Below are positions 1 to 12,371 of a stretch of DNA of 64,000 bases, piece after piece. This DNA comes from Octopus vulgaris (Eukaryota). Both the position numbers and the translations under genes were made by a program. The stretch covers positions 13,020,001 to 13,084,000 of the forward strand of contig OX597826.1 in assembly GCA_951406725.2 (NCBI GenBank), in the 5' to 3' direction. How positions within the stretch are numbered: the first letter of the stretch is position 1; each line of letters begins with the position of its first letter. Below the pieces are notes generated by a model, which saw only the letters and a list, made by a program, of their open reading frames with translations, was not told the DNA's origin and searched no databases.

Positions 1-570
1 TTACATCGACCCTAGTGTTTCACTGGTACTTAATTTATCGACTCCAAAAGAATGAAAGGCTAAGTAGATCTCAGCGGAATATGAACTCAGAACATAGCAA
101 TGGGTGAAATACCTATTTCTTTACTACCCACAAGGGGCTAAACGCAGAGGGGACAAATAGATTAAGTTGATTACATCGACCCCAGTGCATAACTGATACT
201 TAATTTATCAACCCCGAAAGGATGAAAGGCAAAGTCGACCTCGGCGGAATTTGAACTCAGAACATAACGGCAGACGAATATCGCTAAGCATTTTGTCCAG
301 CATGCTAACAATTCTGCCAGCTCTCCAACTTAATAATAATAATAATAATCCTTTCTATTATAGACACAAGGCCTCAATTTTGGGAGGAGGGGGCCTAGTC
401 GAGTATGCTGACCCCAGTGTTCAACTGGTACTGATTTCATCAACTCTGAAAGGATGGCAGGCAAAGCTGACCTTGACAGAAATTGAACTCAAAACATAAA
501 AATGGATAAAATGCTGCCAAGAATTTTGTCTGGGGCACTAATGATACTGTCAACTCACCACCTAGGGATG

Positions 571-601
<31 letters not shown>

Positions 602-1070
602 CAACAATAATAATGATTTCAAATTTTGGAACAAGGCCAGCAAGTTCGGGGAAGGGGATATGTCGATTACATTGACCCCAGTACTTAACTGGTACTTTAT
701 TGACCCTGAAAGGATGAAAGGCAACATTGACCTCAGCAGAATTTGAACTCAGAACACGAAGACAGACGAAATACTGCTGAGCATTTTTGCCTGGCATGTT
801 AACAATTCTGTCAGCTCATCATCTTAATGATAATAATAATAGTAATCCTTTCAACTAAAGGCACAAGGCCTGAAATTTTGGGAGAATGGGGCTATGTCGA
901 TTACACCGACCCCCAATACTCAACTGGTATTTATTTTATTGACTGCAAAAGGATGAAAAGCAAAGTTGACACCAGCAGCATTTGAACTCACAACATAAAG
1001 ATGGACAAAATACTGCGAAGTATTTTTTGCCCAGCATGTTAATGACTCTGCCAGTTCACTATCTTAATGA
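1..1070 (-). mobile_element. Tandem cluster of tRNA-derived SINE family A copies separated by (AAT)n
   Basis: Repeated units containing the reverse complement of B box GAGTTCAAATTCC and the GCCTTTCATCCTTTCGGGGTCGATAAA central domain. Confidence 0.85.
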
Positions 1071-1089
1071 TGATAATAATAATAATAAT

Positions 1090-1632
1090 ATCAGGCAGTG
1101 GTTCTCATGGCTTCTGATCTTAACTGATTGGAAGTGTTATCATGTACATTGTTTTGTCTTGGTATAAAAGATGGGCTACAGCAAATATTCTGCTCAATAC
1201 CACAGATTTGCTTGTCAGTTGTTTGACCATAACCAGTTGAGCATGTCCCTTAGTGGCTGATGATATGTGCATCTCTGATCTTGAGCAGAAGTAGTGGGGG
1301 AGCATCATAGCCATGTGTTGAGAGGGATTCTTGGAGGTTTTGATAATTCCCCTTTGGAAACATGGATGGTTCGTTCAACATCCTTAAACAACCCTTATTC
1401 AGGGACCTTTTGAGCGGGATGGGCTACTCAACCTGAAAAAAAATCTAACTGGGCCCCACCTGCAAGGTCATGCGCTGTTTATCTTGATATGAGATCACCA
1501 TGTCGAGCACATATGGTTGTGATGCATGTGCCTGGTGTACCCTTATCAGACGGGTAATCATGATGAGTATACTGGGCTTCGTACATTTTACCCCAGTGTC
1601 ACTTTGATGGCATGCACTGCTCTCTCACTCAA
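1090..1632 (+). mobile_element. Non-LTR retroelement 3' fragment with (AAT)n tail; second copy inverted at ~20808-21308
   Basis: About 500 bp near-identical to the reverse complement of 20808-21308; flanked by AAT repeats. Confidence 0.7.
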
Positions 1633-1674
1633 TAATAATCATAGTAATAATAATAATAATAAAGATTCAGTTAC

Positions 1675-1772
1675 CTTTTTCCCGACTGGACTTATACTGA
1701 GCTAAATCTTGTATAAGCTCTTCAGTCAATGCCAATGGACAACGAGAAATAATCTCTTTCACAGCATTTAAA
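1675..1772 (-). CDS. SDAD1: SDAD1 coding exon 13
   Basis: (G)[32 protein letters not shown], tcag/GTAACT. Confidence 0.93.
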
Positions 1773-4460
1773 CTGAAATAATAAAATGAGAAATATGGAT
1801 TCCAATATATTTATCAATATGTATTAATAATCAAGTGGTTATTTCAATTTCCAATACAGGTGTGTCATGATGTGTGCAACATCTTACTCTATTTGACTTA
1901 CATTTCTGTTAACTTAAGACACATACCTTTAACTTTCAGTCATTGGACTGCAAGAATTCTGGGGCAACCCTTTTAAAGATTTAGTTGAACAAATTGACCC
2001 CAGTACCTATATCTTAAATCTAGAACTTGTTCTTTCAGTCTCTTTTGCAGAACCTCTACATTATGGGGATGTAAACAAACACAGGCAGAAATGTGGTGGT
2101 ATTGTAAGAAGCCTGCTTCCCAGCCACATGGTTCTGGGTTCAGTCCCACTGTGTTGCACCTTGGGCAAGTGACTTTCACTATAGCCTCAGGCTGACCAAA
2201 GCCTTGTGAGTGGATTTGGTAGACAGAAACTGAAAGAAGCTTTTGCATATATAAATGTGTGTGTGCGTGCCCACTAAATTCACTCACAAGGATTTGGTTT
2301 ACCGAAGCCAACTGGAAGGCAGCCCAAGGTGTTGTGCAGTGGGACTAAACTCAAAACCCTGTGGTTGCAAAGCGAATTTCTTAACCACACAGCTATGACT
2401 GTACCTCTACGTGTTACGGTTGGGAAGTTATTCACCTGTATGTCCTCTTGAAATAAAGTTTACAAACTTGTCTTGAGTATTGAAACTCATCTACTCAATC
2501 TAAAAAGAGTAGATTAACTGAGAAAGCTATAGTATATTAATCCTGGATGCACAGCACAACCTCTCATCATCATCATCGTTTAACATTCGCATTCCATGCT
2601 GGCATGGGTTGGATGGTTTGACTGAGGACTGGCGAGCCAGATGGCTGCACCAGGCTACAACCTGATCTGGCAGAGTTTCTACAAGTGGATGCCCTTCCTA
2701 ACACCAACCACTCCGAAAGTGTATGGGTTCTTTTACGTGCCAGTCAGGCAGTACTGGCGATGGCCATGCTCAAGGGGTATTTTTTAAGTGCCACCCGCAC
2801 AGGAGCCAGTCCAGCAGCACTTGGCAACGACCTCGCTCAAATTTTGTTTCTCATGTGCCAGTAAGGCAACGCTGGTAACAACTGAAAATCTGAAGTAGAA
2901 ACAGTACTGTATATTTTTTTTTATTATTTTTATAATTTGTATATATTCATTTTATTATAAATGCAAAACAACACCACGGAGGAATCAACATAAGCTTAAA
3001 TAATAAACTGCGATAGGTGAACCGCGATATGGTAAGGGATAATTTACTTTGGTGACCCTGAAAGGTGACCACTGCAGGATTTGAACTCAGAGCATAAGGA
3101 CTAGGAATTTTTACTTGATCCTAGTTGATGTTATTGGTTCCGCTAACTTAATTGAGACCTTTTCAGGTTAGGTAAAGCACTTAAATTAAGTTAGTGGAAC
3201 CAATAACAGCAACTAGGATCAAGTAAAAATTCCTACTCCTTATGCTCTGAGTTCAAATCCTGTCGTGGTCACCTTTCAGGGTCACCAAATGGGCTGTTGC
3301 AACAGCCCATGAATCAGTAAATTCAACAACATAACAAGTCATTTACTCCATAATAGCAACAACAACCAGAATCAAAAGCACATTGATTTTAGGTCCACTT
3401 TCACATGCAAGTACAGACGAGAAGACAAAGGGCCGAGATACCTGACACTTTGCTGTACTCAAGAAAACCTGTCCTTCACAGGAGAAGCATTAAGGCCACT
3501 CTGCTTAGGGAAAAGGATTGGTCTGCAAGACCCTTGTGCTGGTGCCACATAAAAAAGCACTTGTGCCTGTACCACATAAAAGGCACTCAACACACACTGT
3601 GAAGTGGTTGGCATTAGGAAGGGCATCCAGCTGAAGAAACTGAGCTAAATCTGACTGAAACCTGGTGCAGCTGTCCAGCTTGCTAGCTCTGGTCAAACTG
3701 TTCAATCCATGCCAGCATGGACAATGGATGTCATAGGATGATGATGATGATGATTCAGGTTTGATAGGTCAATGAATGAATGAACGAACCAAAGACACTT
3801 ACCCAACAGCAATGGCATCAGCAGAATTTCGTTCTGTTATGAAGTTGTAGGCAATAGTTTTAACGATATTCTCTATAACCTTCAAATATATTAGGATGAA
3901 GACAAATGGAAACAAGAAATAAGATAACTAAGTCAAAGTTAAGTAAATTACAAACAAAAAAACTCCAAACATTTTTACTATAGTTTTACACATTAAATGG
4001 TGCTTGAGTTACATCCATTCATTCACCATCATCATCACCTTTTAATGTCTGTTCTCCATAGTCTGACTAGAGCTGGCAAGCAGAGGAGCCTTAATCTGAT
4101 TTGGCTAGGATTCTACAGCTCAATGCCCTTCCTAACACGAATTACTATACAGTGAGTGCTTTTAACATGGCATCGGTACAATATTGTACCATTTTAGATA
4201 CAATATCATCATTTAACGTCCACTTTTCCCTCCTTGCCTGGGTCAGACGAAATTTGCTGAGGTAGATTTTCTACTGCCAAATGCCGTTCTTTTTGCCTAC
4301 TGTTATCTATTTCTGAGCAAGGTAATATTTTCTCAAACCAGACATATTATGGAAGACTGAAAATGATTAACATTGCTTGTATGATGGTGATGTTCATTTG
4401 ATGAGGTACACACAAATACATATACATACTCAAGTATATATGTGTGTGTGTGCGTGTGAA

Positions 4461-4503
<43 letters not shown>

Positions 4504-7500
4504 TTAGAGATAAAATCACTATTATGCAACTCAAAAACATAAACCGATCGTGGCTGTTGCCAGCCTTGCCTGGCACGTAAAAAGCACCCACTACACTCAC
4601 AGAGTGGTTGGCATTAGGAAAAGCAAGCAGCTGTAGAAACACTGCCAGATCAGACAGGGCCTGGTGCAGCCTCCTGGCTTCCCAGACCCCAGTTGAACCG
4701 TCCAACCCATGCCAGCATGGAAAGCAGACGTTAAACGATGATGATGATGATGTTGTGTCGGCCCTGCATCGTCATCAACTCATCATCGCCAAAATTTAAC
4801 ATCCATTTCCCATACTGAAATAATGATGAGTTACTTTTCCAATGATTTCATTACCCATAACCAATGGTGTATTATACTTGAATAAAAATAGAAAAATAGA
4901 AACAAGAAGACTGATATCAGTATGAGTATAAACAATAAATACTTACATCAGGAGGGACAAGATCATGGCTAGCCTGGGCAGCAAATAACAGAATCTTAGT
5001 CACATCTATCAAAACATAAATACACAGAAACAAAATTATATTTTTACTGTATTTCTTAGACATTCTGACACATGTTTCTTGATAACAAATAACATTGTTT
5101 TTGCCTTCAGCTATATGTTAGGGTTACTATATTCCAGACATGTATTCCTCAATCAGTGAGAGTGAGTGTGTATGATTGTTATATTAAGATGCATCTAAAA
5201 GAAATCGCATCTATGTGTGTATGGGCATCATCATCATCATCACATAATGTCCACCTTTCATGCTGGTATGGGTCGGACGGTTTGACAGGAGTTGGCCAGG
5301 CAAGAGCCTGCACCAGGCTTCTGTGTTTGTTTTGGCATGGTTTTTACAGCTGGGTGCCCTTCCAAATGCCAACCACTTTACAGTGTGTACTGGGTGCTTT
5401 TTAAGTGGCACCTGCACTGACAGGGTCACCATGTAACTTTGCAAGACAAGGAATCTAGATGTATATATAAGTATATCATAATCATCATCATCGTTTAACG
5501 TACGCTTTCCATGCTAGCATCGGTTGGATGATTTGACCGAGGGATGGCGAACCAGATGGCCGCACCAGGCTCCAATCTGATCTGGCAAGAGTTTCTACAG
5601 CTGGATGCCCTTCCTAACGCCAACCGCTCCGAGAATATAATGGTTGCTTTTACGTGCCACTGACATGAGGGCCAGTCAGGCAGTACTGGCAACAGTCACA
5701 CTCAAATAGTGTTTTTTACGTGCCACCTGCATAGGAGCTAGTCCAGCGGCACTGGCAACGACCTTGCTTGAATGTTTTTCCATGTGCCAGTAAGGCATCA
5801 AATCTGGAACTATGTGATTTTGGGTTCAATCCCATAGCACAGTTCGTGCAACAATTTAGAGGCTGCCACATTCATTAGCTGCTTATTTCCCCAGTGCAAA
5901 AATAATAAAAATTTATCTTTACTGTTTTACATCCACATTTCCATGGATGAGGTTTTCTTTTGACCAAAACTGTTTTTAACCACTCAGACACTGAAGAAAG
6001 TAGTGTTTAGGATCAGAAAATGTAGTCACTATGTTCAGTGGCCTAACCTCATCACAACTGAACATCTTATAATCCTTTGCACTATAAGCACAGGACCTGA
6101 AATTTTAAGGGAATAGGGGAGCTAGTTGATTTCATCAACCCTAGTACTTGATTGAAACTGATTCTATCAATCCCCAAAAGAAGAAAGGCAAATTTGACCT
6201 TAGTGGAATTTGAACTCAGACTGCAAAGCCAAAAGAAATAGGGTTAAGCACTTTGTCTAGAGCAGTAATGGATTCTATTAACTCAATCATATAATCATTT
6301 CTACTATAGGTGCAAGGCCTAAAATTTTGAGTCTGTGGGGGTGGGTTGGCTCGTCGATTACATCAACCCCTAGTGCCTGACTGGTATTTAACTCATTGAC
6401 CCCGAAAAGACAAAAGGCACAATCAACCTTAGGGGACTTTGAACTCAGAGTGCAAAGCTGAAGGAAATGGTGCTAAGCATTTTATCCAGAGCAGTCACAA
6501 TTCTACCAGCTCTATCAAAGAATGGAAACTAGATTAAAAAAACAACACTTAAATACAATTATATAAAAAAAAACTTAGAAAATAAAAAGCATAGACTTAC
6601 CTTTTTGTCGGGGCTGCAAGTATTTTTGAATAAAAGGATAAAAATTCAGCAGAAAAAGCTGATGGACTCCAATTAGTCTAGAGATCAGATCCATCATGAG
6701 GATCTTAACATCATAATACTCACTACTAGATTGTAGCTGTTTAAACAAACGATCGGCAAATTCTGCAACAAAATAAAAAAGTGATTATTTCTATCTCAGA
6801 GAGCAGCGGTTCTCAACCATTTTTTTGACTAAGGACCCCTCTGATTTCTATTTTAGTCTACTGGACTTCCATACCCATTCAATGTCTATATAAAAGAAGT
6901 CCTACTCTATTTTCATCACCATCATTTAACGTCCGTTTTCCATGTTACCATGGGTTGGACAGTTTGACCGGGGTCTGGAAAGCTAGGAGGCTGCGCCAGG
7001 CTCCAGTCTGACCTGGCAGTGTTTCTACAGCTGGATGCCTTGACTGGCTTCTGTGCCGGTGGCACGTAAAAAGCACCAACCAATCGTGGCCGCTGCCAGC
7101 CTCCCCTGGCACGTAAAAAGCACCCACTACACTCACAGAGTGGTTGGCGTTAGGAAGGGCATCCAGCTGTAGAAACACTGCCAGATCAGACTGGAGCCTG
7201 GTGCAGCCTCCTGGCTTCCCAGATCCCTGGTCAAACCGTCCAACCCATGCTAGCATGGAGAACGGACGTTAAACGATGATGATGATGATGATGTGCATGT
7301 ACACAAATATAAGGTTAACTAAAGATAACTGGGAATAAACCAGTTAGAATAGAATATCCAAATGTTCTTTGGAAGAATGTAAGCATGTGACCATGAGAAA
7401 ATATTAGCTTGGTTGGAAACAGGTTGGGGCTGGTGGCAGGAAAGACATCTGGCAGTAGAAAATCTACCTTCACAAAGTCTGTCAGACTCATGCTACATGG

Positions 7501-10500
7501 GAAAGTGGACATTAAAACGATGATGATAATGATGAAATGGAATAATTCGAGTGTTGCCTGCGTACCAGAAGAACTTCTTCCAAATATAGAACCTGCTTAC
7601 CTTGTGGATCATGAAGCAGATGAAGGGTTGAGAAGTTGACACAGGCAGGTCTCTTCTTCTTCTTGTGTTTCTGAAAAACAAGAATAACACTGAAACATTA
7701 CTGGGTGCAGGCAGGGTTAAAAAAATGCTTGCTTCTGATCTTGAGTTTAGTCCCACTCCACAGCACCTTGGACGAGTGGGATTTGGTAGATGGAAACTGA
7801 AAAATTGCCCAACAAGTGCATGTGTGTGTATTTTTTCTTTTTTTTTGTCTTGACATTATGTGAAAATTGTAAACGAGAGTGGCTATCATACAAGCAGAGT
7901 CCCTGATTTCCAATATTCTGTGAAAACAAGCCTGGTCTTGGGAAAATACTACCTTGCTTGGAAACAGATAAAGGCTGGCAACAGGATGGGTACTCTGCCA
8001 TAGAAAATCTGCCTCAGTAAATTTCCTCTGACTCATGCAAGAAGCATCCATAAGAGGACGTCAAGAGAAACATCTGTAATTTAAAGGTCTGACACAGCTT
8101 TGTGCAAAAATTAGCAGATAAGCCTTCCTCAAACTATACCCTACTACGACTAAAAAGGGAGGAATACATTAGATAATAAAGTACTTGATATGTTGTTGAG
8201 ATCCCTTTCAGTCATGACTGACCATGGGATTGCACCTAGAAGTTACCCTCCCAGGCATAAAGTCCAGGCAAGGTTGTTTATGGAAGACCAGCAGTTGCCC
8301 ATGCATATCGGCCTCCTCTCTCCACGCCACCGGTGTTATCCAAGGGAAAGGCAAAGGGGCCGATGAGCAAAGTGAAATAAAGTGTCTTGCTCAAGAACAC
8401 AACTCGCAGCCCGGTCCGGGATTCGAGCTCACAACCTCATGATGGTAAGCTCGACGCTCTAACCACTGAGCCATGCAACACTACTTGATATGTAGTACTT
8501 AAAAATAAGGATAGGATGGCCATCGCTGGAATGCTTTAAATCATAGGTCTGCTCAGTCAGGATTGGTTTCAGGTTAAACAAAAGACAAGTACATTTAGTA
8601 GAATAACTTAGTTATCATTCAGCTAGTGTTAGGAACATAAATTGTGATTAAGGTTTGGTGGGAGATTTTAATTCAAAACTCATGAAAACAAGACATTTTT
8701 ACTCAGAGCCAGAGCCGGTTTCAGCCGGGTTGGTAACAAAAGGGCTAAACACTAAAGGGTTAAGCCAGGCCAAATACTCTACTACTTAAAGTTCAAACCA
8801 ATCATATATGAGCTCCACATCAACCCTACAATGACATTCTAAAAGAACAAAAAAAATAATAATTAAACACATAGGAATCTCAAGACTTCAAGATAATGGA
8901 AAATTATTAATTTGAAGCAATGTGAATAAATAGGCATCACATTTGACAGAAGAATTTTAACACTAAAGGATTAAGAGATGAGCCTTAAAATTTTTCTTCG
9001 TAGATATTCATCCATTGGATCTATACTTTTGACCGCTGATAGTTGTTGTTGACAAACAACGGCAGTAATATTTCGTTTTGGGATTTAGTTTGCAAGATTC
9101 TTTATATGAGTTCATGTGTTGAAGCATATTCTGTTGTATCTGGAGAGAGTCATTTTCTTTTTGTGCCTTATAATGTAACACGCTCACCGGTAAAATATCC
9201 ACTTTTTTCTTATTTTTATTGTCATAAAATTTTCGTTGCGTCTTGCAACCTTTTCAATAACTATTATTGAGTGTGTTATATTATAAGGCACAAAAAGAAA
9301 ATGACTCTCCCCAGACACAACGGCAGTAATTTTATTCAGCTGAATACATGTCATTGATTGGTTGAAATTACCGAAATACGACAACTTTAACAACAAATAG
9401 CTTCAAACATACAGAATTTTCTCAACAACGCTAAGAGTAAAAGATGTTTTGCGTCACACATTCTACAAGTATACAAAGTTTGAAAGTGCTTAGTTACAAA
9501 AAAGTATTTTTTAAATCTGTCGGTCAAAAGGTAAAGATCCCATCTATTTTATTTTACAGACGCCTTTCCTTTGAAAATGTGTTGTAAAAATAAGCTTTAT
9601 GCTGAAATTTTTACCTTCAAAACATCAAGAGCCCTATTCAACCGCTTCCGACGCTTCTTCGTTTTTTTACTGACTCTGTTTCCCAAAAGTAGATCAGCTG
9701 TGCTCTTTTTGCTCATCACGTTCTAGAAAGAGAGAGAAAAAGAAATAACAATGGATAACAGCAAGTTGTTACTGCAGCAAGTAACAACACATACGAAACA
9801 ATTTAAATATACATAGAGCATTCACACGTCAGGCCTATTTTGCTGCCATGCACAATAATAATAATAATTAATTCGTTTATTGGCCACAGGGGCTAACAAA
9901 AATCAAATAAAACATGTAAGGATAAAATACAGGCCGAAAGTTACAAAAAGGGTTTTGTCCGTTTGAAAAGTCCGTGTAAAAATGCAAGGTAACAACGAAA
10001 ATATAACAAGTAAAAACTCCCAATAGGGGGTGGCACTTTGAAAGGTTACTAGTGGAAAAACCCATAAAAGCCACAGGAGCCTAGTCAAAAAAGGGGGTTG
10101 AGAGCCCCTTTCTCCTTTTATATTACCTTTTTTTTTTACAGGTGTATCCTCAGAATTGGTCCGTTCATACTGGCCATTCTTCCGATATTCACCCACCTTT
10201 CAATAAATTTGCCACGAGACAGCACTTCCCTCTCTACTCTCATCTTCCTTTTCAAGTGGAACTTGAAAAAGTTGATGAGGCCTTGGCCAAAAAGGAAAGT
10301 GTCTGACTTTAGCCCTTTCAAATGGGTCCACCATACCACCTCTTTCACTGCAGCCACTAGACAAAGAATAATGCATTCCAAAAAGAAATAATGCTGACAC
10401 CTAGTAAGATTTGATAAGGCGGTGAGCTGGCAGAAATGTTAGCACGCCAGGCGAAATGCTTAGCGGTATTTCATCTGCCGTTATGTTCGGAGTTCAAATT

Positions 10501-12324
10501 CCTCCGAGGTCGACTTTGCCTTTCATCCTTTCGGGGTCGATAAATTAAGTACCAGTTACACACTGGGGTCGATGTAATCGACTTAATCCGTATATCGGTC
10601 CTTGTTTGTCTTCTCTGTGCTTAGCCCCTTGTGGTAGTAAAGAAATTGGTATTTCGTCTGCCGCTACGTTCTGAGTTCAAATTCCGCCGAGGTCAACTTT
10701 GCCTTTCATCCTTTCGGGGTCGATAAATTAAGTACCAGTTACGCACTTGGATTGATGTAATCGACTTAATCCGTTTGTCCCTTCTGTGTTTAGCCCCTTG
10801 TAAGTAGTAAAGAAATAGGTATTTTGTCTGCCGCTACATCCTGAGTTAAAATTCCACCGAGGTCAACTTTGCCTTTCACCCTTTTGGGGTCGATTAAATA
10901 AGTACCAGTTATGCACTGGGGTCGATGTAGAAGCTTGTTTTGTGTGTGTGTGTGTAGAATTTCCAGAGATCAGGGGAGGCCTTTAAGAGAGACAATGCAT
11001 TATTAATCCTTAAAAACATCTCAAATAGGGGACTAGAACTACTAAAGAAAAAACTATACAAGTTCTTTAAACATTTTAGTCTAACCATCACAATAGAAAA
11101 AGAGCTAATTCTATTAACTACTTAGATACCAACTGTAATCTAACCACGGGACCACAAGAACCATCCATACATTAAACCGAATACAAACCTTAAATATATA
11201 AATGCACTTAGCAACCACCCAAACTTTATAAAGAGAGCACTTGTACAAGACATCGACAAAAGAATCTCATATCTCTCGTCCAACAAAGATACCTTTAATA
11301 AGTATAAGGAATTCTACAACAGGGCATTAGAAAAAGCAGGTTATAAGCAAAAAAATGAAGTACCTTTACGCAGAACCCTATAAAAATAACCTGAATAACA
11401 TAAATATTCAAAATTATAATAATAGGAATAATAGCCAAAATGTCTATTATAATAATCACAAAAAACAATAAGAATAACAATAATAGTAATAGTAGTAGTA
11501 ATAACAAAATTAGTAGGAAGAATGATAAGATTCATAATAATATTAATAACAACATTAAATATGATAACATTAAAAATACTAATAATGGGAATGATAACAA
11601 TATCAAGAAAAATAATAACAATAAAAATAAAAATAGCACAACTCAAAGAACCAATAAAGTCCCTGTCAGAAATGATACGAAGGTAAATAAAATAAATAAA
11701 TCATACAGGAACAACTCCACCAATGCTGATAGTAATAGTAATAAAAATAACAATAGAAAGAATAATAATTATAACCATAAATTTACGATCTACAATAATA
11801 ATGAGGGCAGGTTCTACACCAAAAACGAAAATATCAAAAATAACAAACGGAATAAAGATAACATCTGGCTAATAATCCCCTTTGTGTTGCAACTAAAAAC
11901 CAATACAGTTAAACCTATAATAAGACTTATAAATAAGCACTTCAATATGAATACGAAATACTCAGAAATCTTTAGCAATAAAATTAGAGTAGGCCATAGC
12001 CTAACTAGCAACGAAGCTACTATTATAGCGTCTATCAAGAATAAAAACTAGACTCCTTCTATGAAACTAGGAGCAATAAAAATAAAAAGTGCAACAACCC
12101 CATATTGGCCAAAACTTAATATGGCCCCATATTGGCCATATTCTCATACATTAGGCGTAGGAGTGGCTGAGTGCTAAGTAGCTTGCTTACCAACCACATG
12201 GTTCCAGGTTCAGTCCCACTGCGTAGCACCTTGGGCAAGTGTCTTCTACTATAGCCTCGGGCCGACCAAAGCCTTGTGAGTGGATTTGGTAGACGGAAAC
12301 TGAAAGAAGCCCGTCGTATATGTG

Positions 12325-12371
<47 letters not shown>

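Larger units (their letters stand above)
9017..9540. mobile_element. MITE with GGATC termini and 8-bp TSD (Merlin-like), carrying a nested Penelope-type insertion
   Basis: Imperfect ~25-bp TIRs GGATCTATACTTTTGACCG / CGGTCAAAAGGTAAAGATCC; flanks CATCCATT / CATCTATT. Confidence 0.7.

Noticed and set aside
251-1314. Short ORFs with poly-L, poly-I or poly-N tracts
   Set aside because: Translations of SINEs and (AAT)n microsatellites; no splice or homology support.
6945-7256. Recurrent peptides [15 protein letters not shown] and [13 protein letters not shown] in dozens of ORFs, resembling a gene family
   Set aside because: They are reading frames of SINE families C and B, found on both strands with random stops.
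10417-10930. Regularly spaced repeats as a CRISPR array or tRNA gene cluster
   Set aside because: Whole units repeat with no unique spacers, the context is eukaryotic, and the tRNA-like heads do not close a cloverleaf.
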